From Mobula hypostoma (Eukaryota): DNA of 64,000 nucleotides. Shown here piece by piece: positions 47,514 to 60,892 of this stretch. A model generated the notes under the pieces. The model did no database searches. It was given only the letters and a program-made list of their open reading frames with translations, and had not been told where the DNA came from. The stretch's first letter is position 1, and the number at the start of each line of letters is the position of its first letter. Both the position numbers and the translations under genes were made by a program. The stretch spans positions 4,776,001 through 4,840,000 of the forward strand of contig NC_086101.1 in the NCBI RefSeq assembly GCF_963921235.1, given 5' to 3'.

Positions 47514-50500
47514 AGGCCACAGCTCCTGAGTCAGTTCAGCACTGAGGGAGTGCCGATGGCTGCAGACCACAGCTCCTGAGTCAGTTCAGTACTGAGGGAG
47601 TGCCGATGGCTGCAGGCCACAGCTCCTGAGTCAGTTCAGCACTGAGGGAGTGCCGATGGCTGCAGACCACAGCCGCTGAGTCAGTTCAGCACTGAGGGAG
47701 TGCCAATGGCTGCAGGCCACAGCTCCTGAGTCAGTTCAGCACTGAGGGAGTGCCGATGGCTGCAGACCACAGCTCCTGAGTCAGTTCAGTACTGAGGGAG
47801 TGCCGATGGCTGCAGGCCACAGCTCCTGAGTCAGTTCAGTACTGAGGGAGTGCCGATGGCTGCAGGCCACAGCCGCTGAGTCAGTTCAGCACTGAGGGAG
47901 TGCCGATGGCTGCAGGCCACAGCTCCTGAGTCAGTTCAGCACTGAGGGAGTGCCGATGGCTGCAGGCCACAGCTCCTGAGTCAGTTCAGTACTGAGGGAG
48001 TGCCGATGGCTGCAGACCACAGCTCCTGAGTCAGTTCAGCACTGAGGGAGTGCCGATGGCTGCAGGCCACAGCTCCTGAGTCAGTTCAGCACTGAGGGAG
48101 TGCCGATGGCTGCAGACCACAGCCGCTGAGTCAGTTCAGCACTGAGGGAGTGCCGATGGCTGCAGACCACAGCCGCTGAGTCAGTTCAGCACTGAGGGAG
48201 TGCCGATGGCTGCAGGCCACAGCCGCTGAGTCAGTTCAGCACTGAGGGAGTGCCGATGGCTGCAGGCCACAGCTCCTGAGTCAGTTCAGCACTGAGGGAG
48301 TGCCGATGGCTGCAGACCACAGCCGCTGAGTCAGTTCAGCACTGAGGGAGTGCCGATGGCTGCAGGCCACAGCTCCTGAGTCAGTTCAGCACTGAGGGAG
48401 TGCCGATGGCTGCAGGCCACAGCTCCTGAGTCAGTTAAGCACTGAGGGAGTGCCGATGGCTGCAGACCACAGCTCCTGAGTCAGTTCAGCACTGAGGGAG
48501 TGCCGATGGCTGCAGACCACAGCCGCTGAGTCAGTTCAGTACTGAGGCAGTGCCGATGGCTGCAGGCCACAGCTCCTGAGTCAGTTCAGCACTGAGGGAG
48601 TGCCGATGGCTGCAGGCCACAGCTCCTGAGTCAGTTCAGCACTGAGGGAGTGCCGATGGCTGCAGGCCACAGCTCCTGAGTCAGTTCAGCACTGAGGGAG
48701 TGCCGATGGCTGCAGACCACAGCTCCTGAGTCAGTTCAGCACTGAGGGAGTGCCAATGGCTGCAGGCCACAGCTCCTGAGTCAGTTCAGCACTGAGGGAG
48801 TGCCGATGGCTGCAGGCCACAGCTCCTGAGTCAGTTCAGTACTGAGGGAGTGCCGATGGCTGCAGGCCACAGCCGCTGAGTCAGTTCAGCACTGAGGGAG
48901 TGCCGATGGCTGCAGACCACAGCTCCTGAGTCAGTTCAGCACTGAGGGAGTGCCGATGGCTGCAGGCCACAGCTCCTGAGTCAGTTCAGCACTGAGGGAG
49001 TGCCGATGGCTGCAGACCACAGCCGCTGAGTCAGTTCAGCACTGAGGGAGTGCCGATGGCTGCAGGCCACAGCCGCTGAGTCAGTTCAGCACTGAGGGAG
49101 TGCCGATGGCTGCAGACCACAGCTCCTGAGTCAGTTCAGCACTGAGGGAGTGCCGATGGCGGCAGGCCACAGCCCCTGAGTCAGTTCAGCACTGAGGGAG
49201 TGCCGATTGCTGCAGGCCACAGCTCCTGAGTCAGTTCAGCACTGAGGGAGTGCCGATGGCTGCAGGCCACAGCCGCTGAGTCAGTTCAGCACTGAGGGAG
49301 TGCCGATGGCTGCAGACCACAGCTCCTGAGTCAGTTCAGTACTGAGGGAGTGCCGATGGCTGCAGGCCACAGCCACTGAGTCAGTTCAGTACTGAGGGAG
49401 TGCCGATGGCTGCAGGCCACAGCTCCTGAGTCAGTTCAGTACTGAGGGAGTGCCGATGGCTGCAGGCCACAGCCACTGAGTCAGTTCAGCACTGAGGGAG
49501 TGCCGATGGCTGCAGGCCACAGCCGCTGAGTCAGTTCAGCACTGAGGGAGTGCCGATGGCTGCAGACCACAGCCGCTGAGTCAGTTCAGCACTGAGGGAG
49601 TGCCGATGGCTGCAGGCCACAGCTCCTGAGTCAGTTCAGCACTGAGGGAGTGCCGATGGCTGCAGGCCACAGCTCCTGAGTCAGTTCAGTACTGAGGGAG
49701 TGCCGATGGCTGCAGGCCACAGCCGCTGAGTCAGTTCAGTACTGAGGGAGTGCCGATGGCTGCAGGCCACAGCCGCTGAGTCAGTTCAGCACTGAGGGAG
49801 TGCCGATGGCTGCAGGCCACAGCTCCTGAGTCAGTTCAGTACTGAGGGAGTGCCGATGGCTGCAGGCCACAGCTCCTGAGTCAGTTCAGTACTGAGGGAG
49901 TGCCGATGGCTGCAGACCACAGCTCCTGAGTCAGTTCAGTACTGAGGGAGTGCCGATGGCTGCAGGCCACAGCTCCTGAGTCAGTTCAGCACTGAGGGAG
50001 TGCCGATGGCTGCAGACCACAGCCGCTGAGTCAGTTCAGCACTGAGGGAGTGCCGATGGCTGCAGGCCACAGCCGCTGAGTCAGTTCAGCACTGAGGGAG
50101 TGCCGATGGCTGCAGACCACAGCTCCTGAGTCAGTTCAGCACTGAGGGAGTGCCGATGGCTGCAGGCCACAGCTCCTGAGTCAGTTCAGTACTGAGGGAG
50201 TGTCGATGGCTGCAGACCACAGCCGCTGAGTCAGTTCAGCACTGAGGGAGTGCCGATGGCTGCAGACCACAGCCGCTGAGTCAGTTCAGTACTGAGGGAG
50301 TGCCAATGGCTGCAGACCACAGCTCCTGAGTCAGTTCAGCACTGAGGGAGTGCCGATGGCTGCAGACCACAGCTCCTGAGTCAGTTCAGTACTGAGGGAG
50401 TGCCGATGGCTGCAGACCACAGCCGCTGAGTCAGTTCAGCACTGAGGGAGTGCCGATGGCTGCAGACCACAGCTCCTGAGTCAGTTCAGCACTGAGGGAG

Positions 50501-51939
50501 TGCCGATGGCTGCAGGCCACAGCTCCTGAGTCAGTTCAGCACTGAGGGAGTGCCGATGGCTGCAGGCCACAGCTCCTGAGTCAGTTCAGCACTGAGGGAG
50601 TGCCAATGGCTGCAGGCCACAGCCGCTGAGTCAGTTCAGTACTGAGGGAGTGCCGATGGCTGCAGACCACAGCTCCTGAGTCAGTTCAGCACTGAGGGAG
50701 TGCCGATGGCTGCAGGCCACAGCCGCTGAGTCAGTTCAGTACTGAGGGAGTGCCGATGGCTGCAGACCACAGCTCCTGAGTCAGTTCAGCACTGAGGGAG
50801 TGCCGATGGCTGCAGGCCACAGCCGCTGAGTCAGTTCAGCACTGAGGGAGTGCCGATGGCTGCAGGCCACAGCCGCTGAGTCAGTTCAGTACTGAGGGAG
50901 TGCCGATGGCTGCAGGCCACAGCTCCTGAGTCAGTTCAGCACTGAGGCAGTGCCGATGGCTGCAGACCACAGCTCCTGAGTCAGTTCAGCACTGAGGGAG
51001 TGCCGATGGCTGCAGGCCACAGCTCCTGAGTCAGTTCAGCACTGAGGGAGTGCCGATGGCTGCAGGCCACAGCTCCTGAGTCAGTTCAGCACTGAGGGAG
51101 TGCCGATGGCTGCAGGCCACAGCCACTGAGTCAGTTCAGTACTGAGGGAGTGCCGATGGCTGCAGGCCACAGCTCCTGAGTCAGTTCAGCACTGAGGGAG
51201 TGCCAATGGCTGCAGGCCACAGCTCCTGAGTCAGTTCAGCACTGAGGGAGTGCCAATGGCTGCAGGCCACAGCCGCTGAGTCAGTTCAGTACTGAGGGAG
51301 TGCCGATGGCTGCAGGCCACAGCTCCTGAGTCAGTTCAGCACTGAGGGAGTGCCGATGGCTGCAGGCCACAGCCGCTGAGTCAGTTCAGTACTGAGGGAG
51401 TGCCGATGGCTGCAGGCCACAGCTCCTGAGTCAGTTCAGCACTGAGGGAGTGCCAATGGCTGCAGGCCACAGCTCCTGAGTCAGTTCAGCACTGAGGGAG
51501 TGCCAATGGCTGCAGGCCACAGCCGCTGAGTCAGTTCAGTACTGAGGGAGTGCCGATGGCTGCAGACCACAGCTCCTGAGTCAGTTCAGCACTGAGGGAG
51601 TGTCGATGGCTGCAGACCACAGCTCCTGAGTCAGTTCAGCACTGAGGGAGTGCCGATGGCTGCAGGCCACAGCCGCTGAGTCAGTTCAGCACTGAGGGAG
51701 TGCCGATGGCTGCAGGCCACAGCCGCTGAGTCAGTTCAGTACTGAGGGAGTGCCGATGGCTGCAGGCCACAGCTCCTGAGTCAGTTCAGCACTGAGGGAG
51801 TGCCGATGGCTGCAGGCCACAGCTCCTGAGTCAGTTCAGCACTGAGGGAGTGCCGATGGCTGCAGGCCACAGCTCCTGAGTCAGTTCAGCACTGAGGGAG
51901 TGCCGATGGCTGCAGGCCACAGCTCCTGAGTCAGTTCAG
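47514..51939 (+). repeat. 50-bp tandem satellite, ~88.5 copies, each with TGAGTCA
   Basis: Unit agctcctgagtcagttcagcactgagggagtgccgatggctgcaggccac; phase is kept over 4400 bp. Confidence 0.98.
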
Positions 51940-52546
51940 CAGACATCCCACCTCTCCCGCAAGTTCCGGGAGTGTCCCGCATATTAATAGCGGCTCCCTG
52001 ATGCCCGCAAATTATATACAATATCCAGGAAATCAATTTTTTTGAGTGAGCGAGCGAGAGAGCGCACAAGCGAGAGAGGGAGAGAAGGAGCGAGAGAGCG
52101 CGCACGAGCGTAAGAGAGAGAGCGAGAGAGGGAGAGGAGTGAGAGAGCGCGCGTGCGAGCGTGAGAGAGCGATAGAGCGAGCGCGAGAGCACACCATGGC
52201 AGAGTGTTCCAAAAAAAAGAAAATATAAAACATACTTCACCCCAGACTACCCTAAAGTGTACCCCTGCCTAATAGGGGTCAAAAATAATGACAGTTTGCT
52301 CGCTGCACTATTTGCAACAGTGACTTTTCTATTGCCCATGGTGGGTTAAAATGTAAAAGGCATGTTGAGGTGAGTTTAATAGGTGTCATTCATTCATTAG
52401 CATAGCTAACGTTATTTAAACTAGCTGGCTGGCTGCTAAGGAGCTACTCTATTGCAGCATCCCACCTCCCCCGGAAGTTCCGGGAGTCTTCCGCAAATTG
52501 ATGGTGCTACTTCCCTGAAATGAGTTTTTGCAGGGTGGGATGTCTG
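51940..52546 (+). mobile_element. Non-autonomous hAT-like element (607 bp) with 6-bp TSD, retaining a transposase N-terminal zinc-finger remnant
   Basis: TIRs cagacatcccacc / ggtgggatgtctg; TSD gttcag. Remnant MAECSKK..FTPDYPKVYPCL..ARCTICNSDFSIAHGG..CKRHVE followed by |gtgagt. Confidence 0.75.
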
Positions 52547-55500
52547 GTTCAGCACTGAGGTGGGTGAAGCCTCATGGAATACTGAGCTAAATACCAGTTT
52601 GTCTTTCACCCTTGATCTCGACACCTTAATTTTTAAATTCTGGCTCAGAACTTAAATGGGCTAAACATTCGCTTGTTGTCTGCTCTTGGTGCCGTGTCCC
52701 GTCGCTTCAGTCTGGCCTGAATTTTCAATCCAGTCCGAAGTCCGCTCCAGCGATGGCTGCCACGGCCGTACCTACATTCTTCACTGAAACAGAATCCGGT
52801 TTAATATCACCAGCAGATGTTGTGAAATGTGTTATCTTAGCTGCAGCAGTACATTGATAATATAGAAAAAACTATGAATTACAGTAAGTGATTCACAGCT
52901 GCAAGAAAAAGTTTGTGAACCCTTTACAATGACCTGGTTTTCTGCATTAATTACTCATAAAATGTGGTCTGATCTTCATCTAAGTCATAATAGACAATCA
53001 CAATCCTCCTAAACTGATAACGTACAAATAATTGTACTTCTCATGCCTTCATTGAACACATTGTTTAATCATTCACAGTCCAGGCTGGAAAAAGTTTGTG
53101 AACCCTTGTATTTAATAACTGGTAGAACCTCCTTCAGCGCAAATAACCTTCACCAAACTTTTCCTGTAGCTGCTGATTGGATTTGCACAACAGTGAGGAG
53201 GAATTGTAGACCATTCCTCCTTTAAAAAAAATTCATTTCAATTCATCAATATTTCTGGAATGCTTTGCATGAACAACCCTCTTCAGCTCATCTGGATTAT
53301 GGTCTGGACTCTGACTTGGCCATTCCAAGACAGAAATTTCCTTCTTCTTAAGCCATTCTTTTGTTGATTTACTCTTGTCTTTCGGATCATTGCCTTGTTG
53401 CATCATCCAACTCCTACAAGCTTCAGGTGCCAGACTGCTACCCTGATATTCTCCTGTAAAATGCCTTGATACAATTTAGAATTCATTGTTCCCTCAGCGA
53501 TTGAATTGAATTGACTTTATTTCTTACATCTTTACGTTATGTCTCCGTCTAAATGTGTTACGTGCAATCATAGTAATTTACAATAATTTATGATAAATAG
53601 AACAGCCAATGTGGCATAGAGATACACTCAAATCAGTGAGTTAATCAGTCTGACAGCCTGGTGGACGAAGCTGCCCGGAGCCTGGTGGTCCTGGCTTTTA
53701 CACTGCAGTTTTCCGTATGGTAGCAGCTGGAACAGTTTGTGGTTGGGGTGACTCGTGTCCCCAATGATCCTTCGGACTCTTTTAACACACCTGTCTTTGT
53801 AAATGTCCTGAATCATGGGAAGTTCACAACAGGGCTGTCTGCACCACTCTCTGCAGAATCCTGCGATTAAGGGAGGTATAGTTCCCGTACCAGGCAGTGA
53901 TGCAGCCAGTCAGGATGCTCTCAACTGTGCCCCTGTAGAAAGTTCTTAGGACTTGGGGCCCCATACCAAACTTCCTCAACCATCTGAGGTGAAAGAAGCG
54001 CTGTTGTGCCTTTTACACCACAAAGATGGTGTGTACAGACCATGTGAGGTCCTCGGTGATGTGGATGCCAAGGAACTTAAAGCTGTTCACCCTCTCAACC
54101 CCAGATCCATTGATGTCAGTAGGGGTTAGCCTGTCTCCATTCCTCCTGTTATCCACAACCAGCTCCTTTGTTTTTGCGACATTGAGGGAGAGGTTGTTTT
54201 CTTGACACCACTGTGGCAGAGAGATGACTTCTTCCCTGTAGGCCTAGGCCAATAGACAATAGGTGCAGGAGTAGGCCATTCGGCCCTTCGAGCCAGCACC
54301 GCCATTCACTGTGATCATGGCTGATCATCCACAATCAGTATCCAGTTCCTGCCTTATACCCATAACCTTTGATTCCACTATCTTTAAGAGCTCTATCCAT
54401 CTCTTTCTTGAAAGCATCCAGAGACTTGGCCTCCATAGCCTTCTGGGGCAGAGCATTCCATATATCCACCACTCTCTGGGTGAAAAAGTTTTTCCTCAAC
54501 TCTGTTCTAAATGACCTACCTCTTATTCTTAAACTGTGGCCTCTGGTTCTGGACTCCCCCATCAGCGAGAACATGCTTCCTGCCTCCAGCGTGTCCAATC
54601 CCTTAATAAACTTATATGTTTCAATAAGATCCCCTCTCAGCCTTCTAAATTGCAAAGTATACAAGCCCAGTCGCTCCAGTCTTTCAACATATGACAGTCC
54701 CGCCATCCCAGGAACTAACCTTGTGAACCTACGCTGCACTCCCTCAATAGCAAGAATGTCCTTCCTCAAATTTGGAGACCAAAACTGCACACGGTACTCC
54801 AGGTGTGGTCTCACCAGGGCCCTGTACAGCTGCAGAAGGACCTCTTTGCTCTTATACTCAATTCCCCTTGTTATGAAGGCCAGCATGCCATTAGCTTTCT
54901 TCACTGCCTGCTGTACTTGCATGCTTGCTTTCAGTGACTGATGTACAAGAACACCTAGATCTCGTTGTACATTGAGATTGTTTGTGTCTTCCCTAGTGAA
55001 GACAGATCCAAAGTACCTGTCCAACTCGTCTGCCATTTCCTTGTTCCCCATAATAAATTCACCCGTTTCTGTCTTCAAGGGCCCAATTTTGGTCTGAACT
55101 ATTTTTTTTCATTTTCACATACCTAAAGAAGCTTTTACTATCCTCCTTTATATTCTTGGCTAGTTTACCTTCGTACCTCATTTTTTCTCCACGTATTGCC
55201 TTTTATTTACCTTCTGTTGCTCTTTGAAAGTTTCCCAATCCTCCGGCTTCCCACTCGTCTTTGCTATGTTATACTTCTTCTCTTTTATTTTTATACTGTC
55301 CACTACTTCCCTTGTCAGCCATGACCTCCCCTTAGAATCTTTCTTCCTCTTTGGAATGAACTGATCCTTCACCTTCTGCATTATTCCCAGAAACACTTGC
55401 CATTGCTGTTTCACTGTCATCCCTGCTAGGGTATTGTTCCATTGAACTTTGGCCAGCTCCTCCCTCATAGCACCATAGTTCCCTTTGTTCAACTGTAATA

Positions 55501-55801
55501 CTGACACTTCCGAGTTTCCCTTCTCCCTCTCAAATTGTAGATTAAAACTTATCATATTATGGTCACTACCTCCTAATGGCACCTTTACCTCGAGGTCCCT
55601 GATCAAATCCGGTTCATTGCACAACACTAAATCTAGAATTGCGTTCTCTCTGGTAGGCTCCAGTACAAGCTGTTCTAAGAATCCATCTCAGAGGGACCCC
55701 ACAAACTCCCTTTCTTGGGGTCCAGTACCAACCTGGGAGTTGGCTTGGAGTGAGAAGGGGGAGGAGGAGGCCGGCTGAGTTGGCTCGACTGGAAGCTGGC
55801 T

Positions 55802-57133
55802 GTGTTTTGCTTGATGCGTGAATGTGGTTTGGAACCTGTTGAGGGAAAGAGAGTGGGGAAGGAACGGAAATTGCTGGGAGGGGATCGTGTGGGTCCGGTA
55901 ATGGTGGACAAGATAAGAGGCGGGGTTGAGGGAAAGAAAGCGGAGAAGGAGAGAGATAGAGACTTGGGACCAGAGGTAGGCAGCTGGGGAGAGGTGGATT
56001 ATTGTGAAGGGAGAAATAAAGGGAATGAGGAGGTAGTGAGGGGTCGGATGAATAAAAACCAAGACAAAGGGAATAAAAGAATAAGAAATGATAGTGGAGA
56101 AAGCTCTGAAAGTGAGGAAGATGAACAAGCTCAGAGAGGAGGTGTTGTCATAATTAGGTTTAATGAGAAGGCTCAGGGACATATGAAGAAAATTAACCCG
56201 TTTGTGCTAACAACAACTCTGACAAATAAGGTAGGGGAAATAGTATTTGCAAAAGTCCTTAATGATAGCAACTTATTGGTAAGATGTGTGAATGAGGAAC
56301 AACTTGAGAAAGCACTCAAGCTAAAAGAGATAGGAAAATTCAAGGTGGAATACACTGGGAGGGTGGGAGCACAAAACAGTGGTTGTAAAGGAGTGATCGC
56401 AGGGGTACCAATGAGTATAAATATGGAGGAGATAAAGAGGAATATCAAAGGAGGGAAAGTAATGAATGTTCAAAGACTGAAAACAACAAAGGAGGGAGTG
56501 AAAAAGGAAAGTGAATCAGTATTGATTGAATTTGAAGAAGAAAGAGTGCCAAGGAAGGTGTTCCTGGGTTTCATGAGTCACCCAGTAAGGGTGTATGTGC
56601 CAAAGCCACTGAGGTGCTATAATTGTCAAAGATTTGGACACGTGGCTACAAACTGTAAAAGGCAGAGGAGATGTGCTAGATGTGGGGGTGATCATGAATA
56701 TGGAAAGTGCGGAACAGGAGTTCAACCAAAATGCTGCAATTGTGGAGGAGCTCATAATGTTGCATATAGTGGGTGTGAGGTTGTGAGACGGGAGACTAAA
56801 ATTCAAGAAATAAGAGTGAAAAGAAAGATCACTTATGCAGAAGCTGTAAGAATGTCAAGAGAACAGAATAATGCTCCTAATGAACAGGGAGCAATAGGGA
56901 TACGAGAGATGCAACAAAGAACAAATGACAGGATTTATGTAGACAAAAAGGCTCTAGTAACATTCATAGCAGGAGTGATTAATAGTACGGCTGAGGTAAA
57001 GTCAAAAAGTGACAAAATTCAGCTGGTGGTAAAAGCAACAGTAAACCATTTAGGGTTAGTAGGACTGACATGGGAGGAAGTGAGGGAGAACCTCAGTAAT
57101 CAGTCAAGCCAGGAAGTGTCATGTGTTGGTTAA
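55802..57133 (+). CDS. Nimb-like LINE ORF1 (gag-like nucleic-acid-binding protein)
   Basis: Open frame with three zinc knuckles: CYNCQRFGHVATNC, CARCGGDHEYGKC, CCNCGGAHNVAYSGC. Confidence 0.85.
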   Translation: MFCLMRECGLEPVEGKRVGKERKLLGGDRVGPVMVDKIRGGVEGKKAEKERDRDLGPEVGSWGEVDYCEGRNKGNEEVVRGRMNKNQDKGNKRIRNDSGESSESEEDEQAQRGGVVIIRFNEKAQGHMKKINPFVLTTTLTNKVGEIVFAKVLNDSNLLVRCVNEEQLEKALKLKEIGKFKVEYTGRVGAQNSGCKGVIAGVPMSINMEEIKRNIKGGKVMNVQRLKTTKEGVKKESESVLIEFEEERVPRKVFLGFMSHPVRVYVPKPLRCYNCQRFGHVATNCKRQRRCARCGGDHEYGKCGTGVQPKCCNCGGAHNVAYSGCEVVRRETKIQEIRVKRKITYAEAVRMSREQNNAPNEQGAIGIREMQQRTNDRIYVDKKALVTFIAGVINSTAEVKSKSDKIQLVVKATVNHLGLVGLTWEEVRENLSNQSSQEVSCVG

Positions 57134-57141
57134 TACTAATT

Positions 57142-60100
57142 ATGGTGATTCTTTTACAATGGAATGCAAGGAGCTTACTGGCCAATAGCCAGGAATTCAA
57201 GCACTTTATTAAAGAAATGGTTGTAAAACCGGATGTAGTGTGTATTCAGGAAACTTGGTTAAAACCAACTTTAAACTTTGTGGTATATGGGTATACAATG
57301 ATAAGGAAAGATAGAAATCTAGGGGGAGGAGGGGGTTGTGCTATGTTAATCAAGCAAGGTATACCATATAGGGTACTGGAAAAAGGAGATGATCAGGAAT
57401 ACATAGTGGTGGAAGTGTGGGAGAGAGGGGAGGGAGTGGTTATAATTAACTACTACAATCCATGTAAAAGGTTGGATTTGGACAGCCTATTAAAGATACA
57501 AGGACAAAACAGACATAAAGTAGTATGGTGTGCAGATTTCAATGCTCATAGCACAATATGGGGGGATCAGATTACAGATCCAAATGGAAAGGTAATTGAA
57601 GATTTGATGGAAGAAAGGGATTTGGTGTGTGTGAATGATGGTAGCGGCACAAGGATAGATATAACAACAGGAACTGAGTCAGTGTTAGATACTACGTTAG
57701 TGTCTAATACCTTGGCTGGCGTTAGTAACTGGGGAGTTTGGACTGCTTCAACAGTAGGCAGTGATCACTACCCAGTTTTGTGTTCAGTGGGTGAAAGAGT
57801 TGAAGTAAGACCAGGTGGCGGAACCCCAAAGTGGGTGTTTGAAAAAGCTGATTGGGGTAAGTTCCAGAAGTTGAGTGAAGAAGGGTTGACAAAGATTGAT
57901 ATTTCTGGAAATGCAGATAAATTAAACAGTCAGGTGACTTCAGCAATTATCATGGCAGCAGAAGGATCTATACCTAGGAGTAAAAATAGGATGAATAGAA
58001 AACTGGTACCATGGTGGACAGAGGAATGTTGTCAGGCTGTAAAAAACAGAAATGGAGCATTCAGGCTAGTTAAAAGAACCCATAATATGCAGCATTTGGT
58101 TCAATATAAGAAAGCACAGGCAGTGGTGAGAAGAACTATACGTCAAGCTAAAAGGGCAAGTTGGAGGAGTTTTTGCAACAAGGTAGGAAGAACAACACCT
58201 GTGAGAGAGATATGGGGAATGATTAAGAGGATGGGAGGAGATAGAAGGGAATGGGAATATCCAGTAATGATATCTGAGGAGGAAACTGCAGTCTCCAGTA
58301 GGGATGAGGCTGAGGTCATGGCCAAGTCATTTGTACTGATACCCAGTTCAGAAAATTTGTCTGAAGAAGGGAGAAGAAGAAGGAAAAGAATAATGAGCCA
58401 ACACCCAGGTGTGTTAAGCAGGAGGGAAGGAACAGATATAATTGATGATCCATTTACATTAGCAGAAATGGTGAGAGCAATAAAGAGATCGAGACCAACC
58501 TCCCCAGGGAAAGATCTGATATGCTCTGTGATGCTAAAAAATCTAGGAGAAGGAGCGCTCTTGAAGTTGCTGCATTTTTATAACAGAGTGTGGGAGGAGG
58601 GAAGATTACCAAGTGCATGGAAAGAAGCAGTAGTAATTCCAATAAGGAAGCCTGGCAAGGATCTGTCAAAACCCACTAGCTACAGACCAATTGCATTAAC
58701 ATCAAGTATATATAAGATAATGGAAAGGATGATAACAGAAAGGTTATCATATGAGCTTGAGAAAAGGGGAATGCTGGCAAGTTATCAGAGTGGTTTTAGA
58801 AAGGGAAGGAATTCTATGGACTCAGTGATTATGTTAGAGACTGAAATAAGGAAGGCCCAGGCAAATAGAGAGTCAGTAGTGGCAGTGTTCTTTGGCATTG
58901 AAAAAGCCTATGATGTGATGTGGAAGGAAGGATTATTAATTAAACTGCACAAGTTGGGGGTTGGTGGGAGAGTTTTTAATTGGATTAAAGATTTTTTGTT
59001 TGGTAGAAAAATTCAAGTTCGGATTGGATCAGAATTATCAAAACAGTACATAGTGGAAAATGGCACCTCAAGGTAGTGTGATTAGCCCGTTACTTTTCAT
59101 CATTATGATCAATGATGTCTTCACAAAGGTACCAGTGGATATAGGTAGGTCACTGTTTGCGGATGATGGGGCCTTGTGGAAAAGAGGCAGGAACATGGAC
59201 CATATAATCAGGAAACTACAAGAAGCAATTGAAGTGGTGGAGTGGGTTATGATTGGGGATATAGATTTTCAGTAGAAAAAAACTCAAACTGTATTTTTTT
59301 TTACCAGGAAAAGAGTTGAGGTAGGGAAGAAGTTAAGAATGTATGGGGTTGAATTAGAAAGGGTTGCATCATTTAAATTTCTGGGAGTTATATTTGATTC
59401 ACGATTAACATGGACAGACCACATCAGGAAAGTTGAGGAGAAATGTAAAAAAGTAATAAATGTGATGAGATGTTTGACTGGTAGGGAATGGGGAGCAAGT
59501 TGTTCAGCTTTGAAGAGAATGTATGTGGCTTTAGTAAGATCTGTATTGGATTATGGAAATATAGTATATGGATCAGCAGCTAGGTCTCTTATAAGGAAAC
59601 TGGATGTGATTCAGGCTCAGGCCTTGAGAGTGTGCAGTGGGGCTTTTAAAACGTCACCAGTGTCAGCCCTACAGGTAGAAATGGGAATAATGCCTTTGGA
59701 ACTAAGAAGGATGCAACTGATGGCAAACTACTGGGCTAACTTGCAGGGGCACAATGATGCTCACCCTACTAAAGGAGTTTTGCAGGAGTGCTGGGAAAAT
59801 GGGAGGTTTCAGAGGGATACCTTTAGTCGGGTAGGGAACGATATCGCGAAAGAATGTGGAGTGTTTGATCTGAGGATAAGTCCTTCAGTAGTTTATCCGG
59901 TTGTAGCTCCATGGAAGCTTGTATGGCCTGACATAGACTGGCATTTGTTAGAGGTAAAAAGGAAAGAAAGATATAAAACAGATTTGGTAAATGCATTTAA
60001 CTGTCACGTGATGGAAAAGTATAGTGATTATACTCACATTTATATGGATGGTGCGAAGGAACCTGAAACAGGAGTGACAGGGTTTGGGGTGGTTATACCA

Positions 60101-60892
60101 GCAAAAGAAATTGGAATCAGCAGAAGAACATCTAATAAGTTAGGGGTATTTACAGTGGAGATGCTGGCAGTGTTGGTTGCGTTGCAATGGGTGCAGAAAG
60201 CCAGACAAGCCAAAGCATTGATATGTTCAGATTCATCTTCAGTTCTAGCAAGTTTAAGATCTTTTCACACAAACAGTTGGCAAGATGTACTTTATGAAGT
60301 CCTTCAGTTAGTTACAAGAATTGCAAATCAGGGAGGTCAGGTAAAATTTCTATGGATTCCAGCACATGTAGGGGTGAAGGGGAATGAGAGGGTGGATGAG
60401 TTGGCAAAGAGGGCGTTAAAGAAAGAAAATGTGGAAATACACATTAGTATCAGTAAAGCAGAGGTTAAGTGTGTAATCTGGGAAAAAGTCAACCGAATGT
60501 GGCAAGAAAGATGGGACAGGGAGGGGAAAGGGAGGCATTTATATCAAATACAAAAGAGTGTTGCAGTTACTAGGGTAGGTAATGGAAACAGAAGAGAGGA
60601 AATTGTGTGGACTAGGTTAAGGCTGGGGCACTGTGCATTAAACAAAACATTGAAAATGATAAGGAAACACCAGACAGGATTGTGTGAGGAATGTCAGGAA
60701 GAGGAGTCAGTAGAACTTGTAGTTCTGTGTTGCAGGAAGTATGGGATACAGAGAGAGATGATGAGAAATAAATTAAGGGAGTTGGGGATGCAGGAATTCA
60801 CATTAAAAGGGTTGCTGGGCATGGGTGAGAGAGCACAAGTCTGGGTATTTTTAGTGTTTTTAAGGGGTACAGGGGTTTTTTATAGAATATGA
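57142..60892 (+). pseudogene. Nimb-like LINE ORF2 (APE endonuclease, RT, RNase H), frameshifted near 59070 and 59240-59300
   Basis: LQWNARSL, IQETWL, SDHYP; SYRPIALTS, QSGFRKGR, LFADD; RNase H YMDGAK, CSDSSS, WIPAHVGVKGNERVD. Confidence 0.9.

Noticed and set aside
47514..51939. CRISPR-like array
   Set aside because: Units are contiguous near-identical 50-mers with no unique spacers and no cas genes, in a eukaryotic context.
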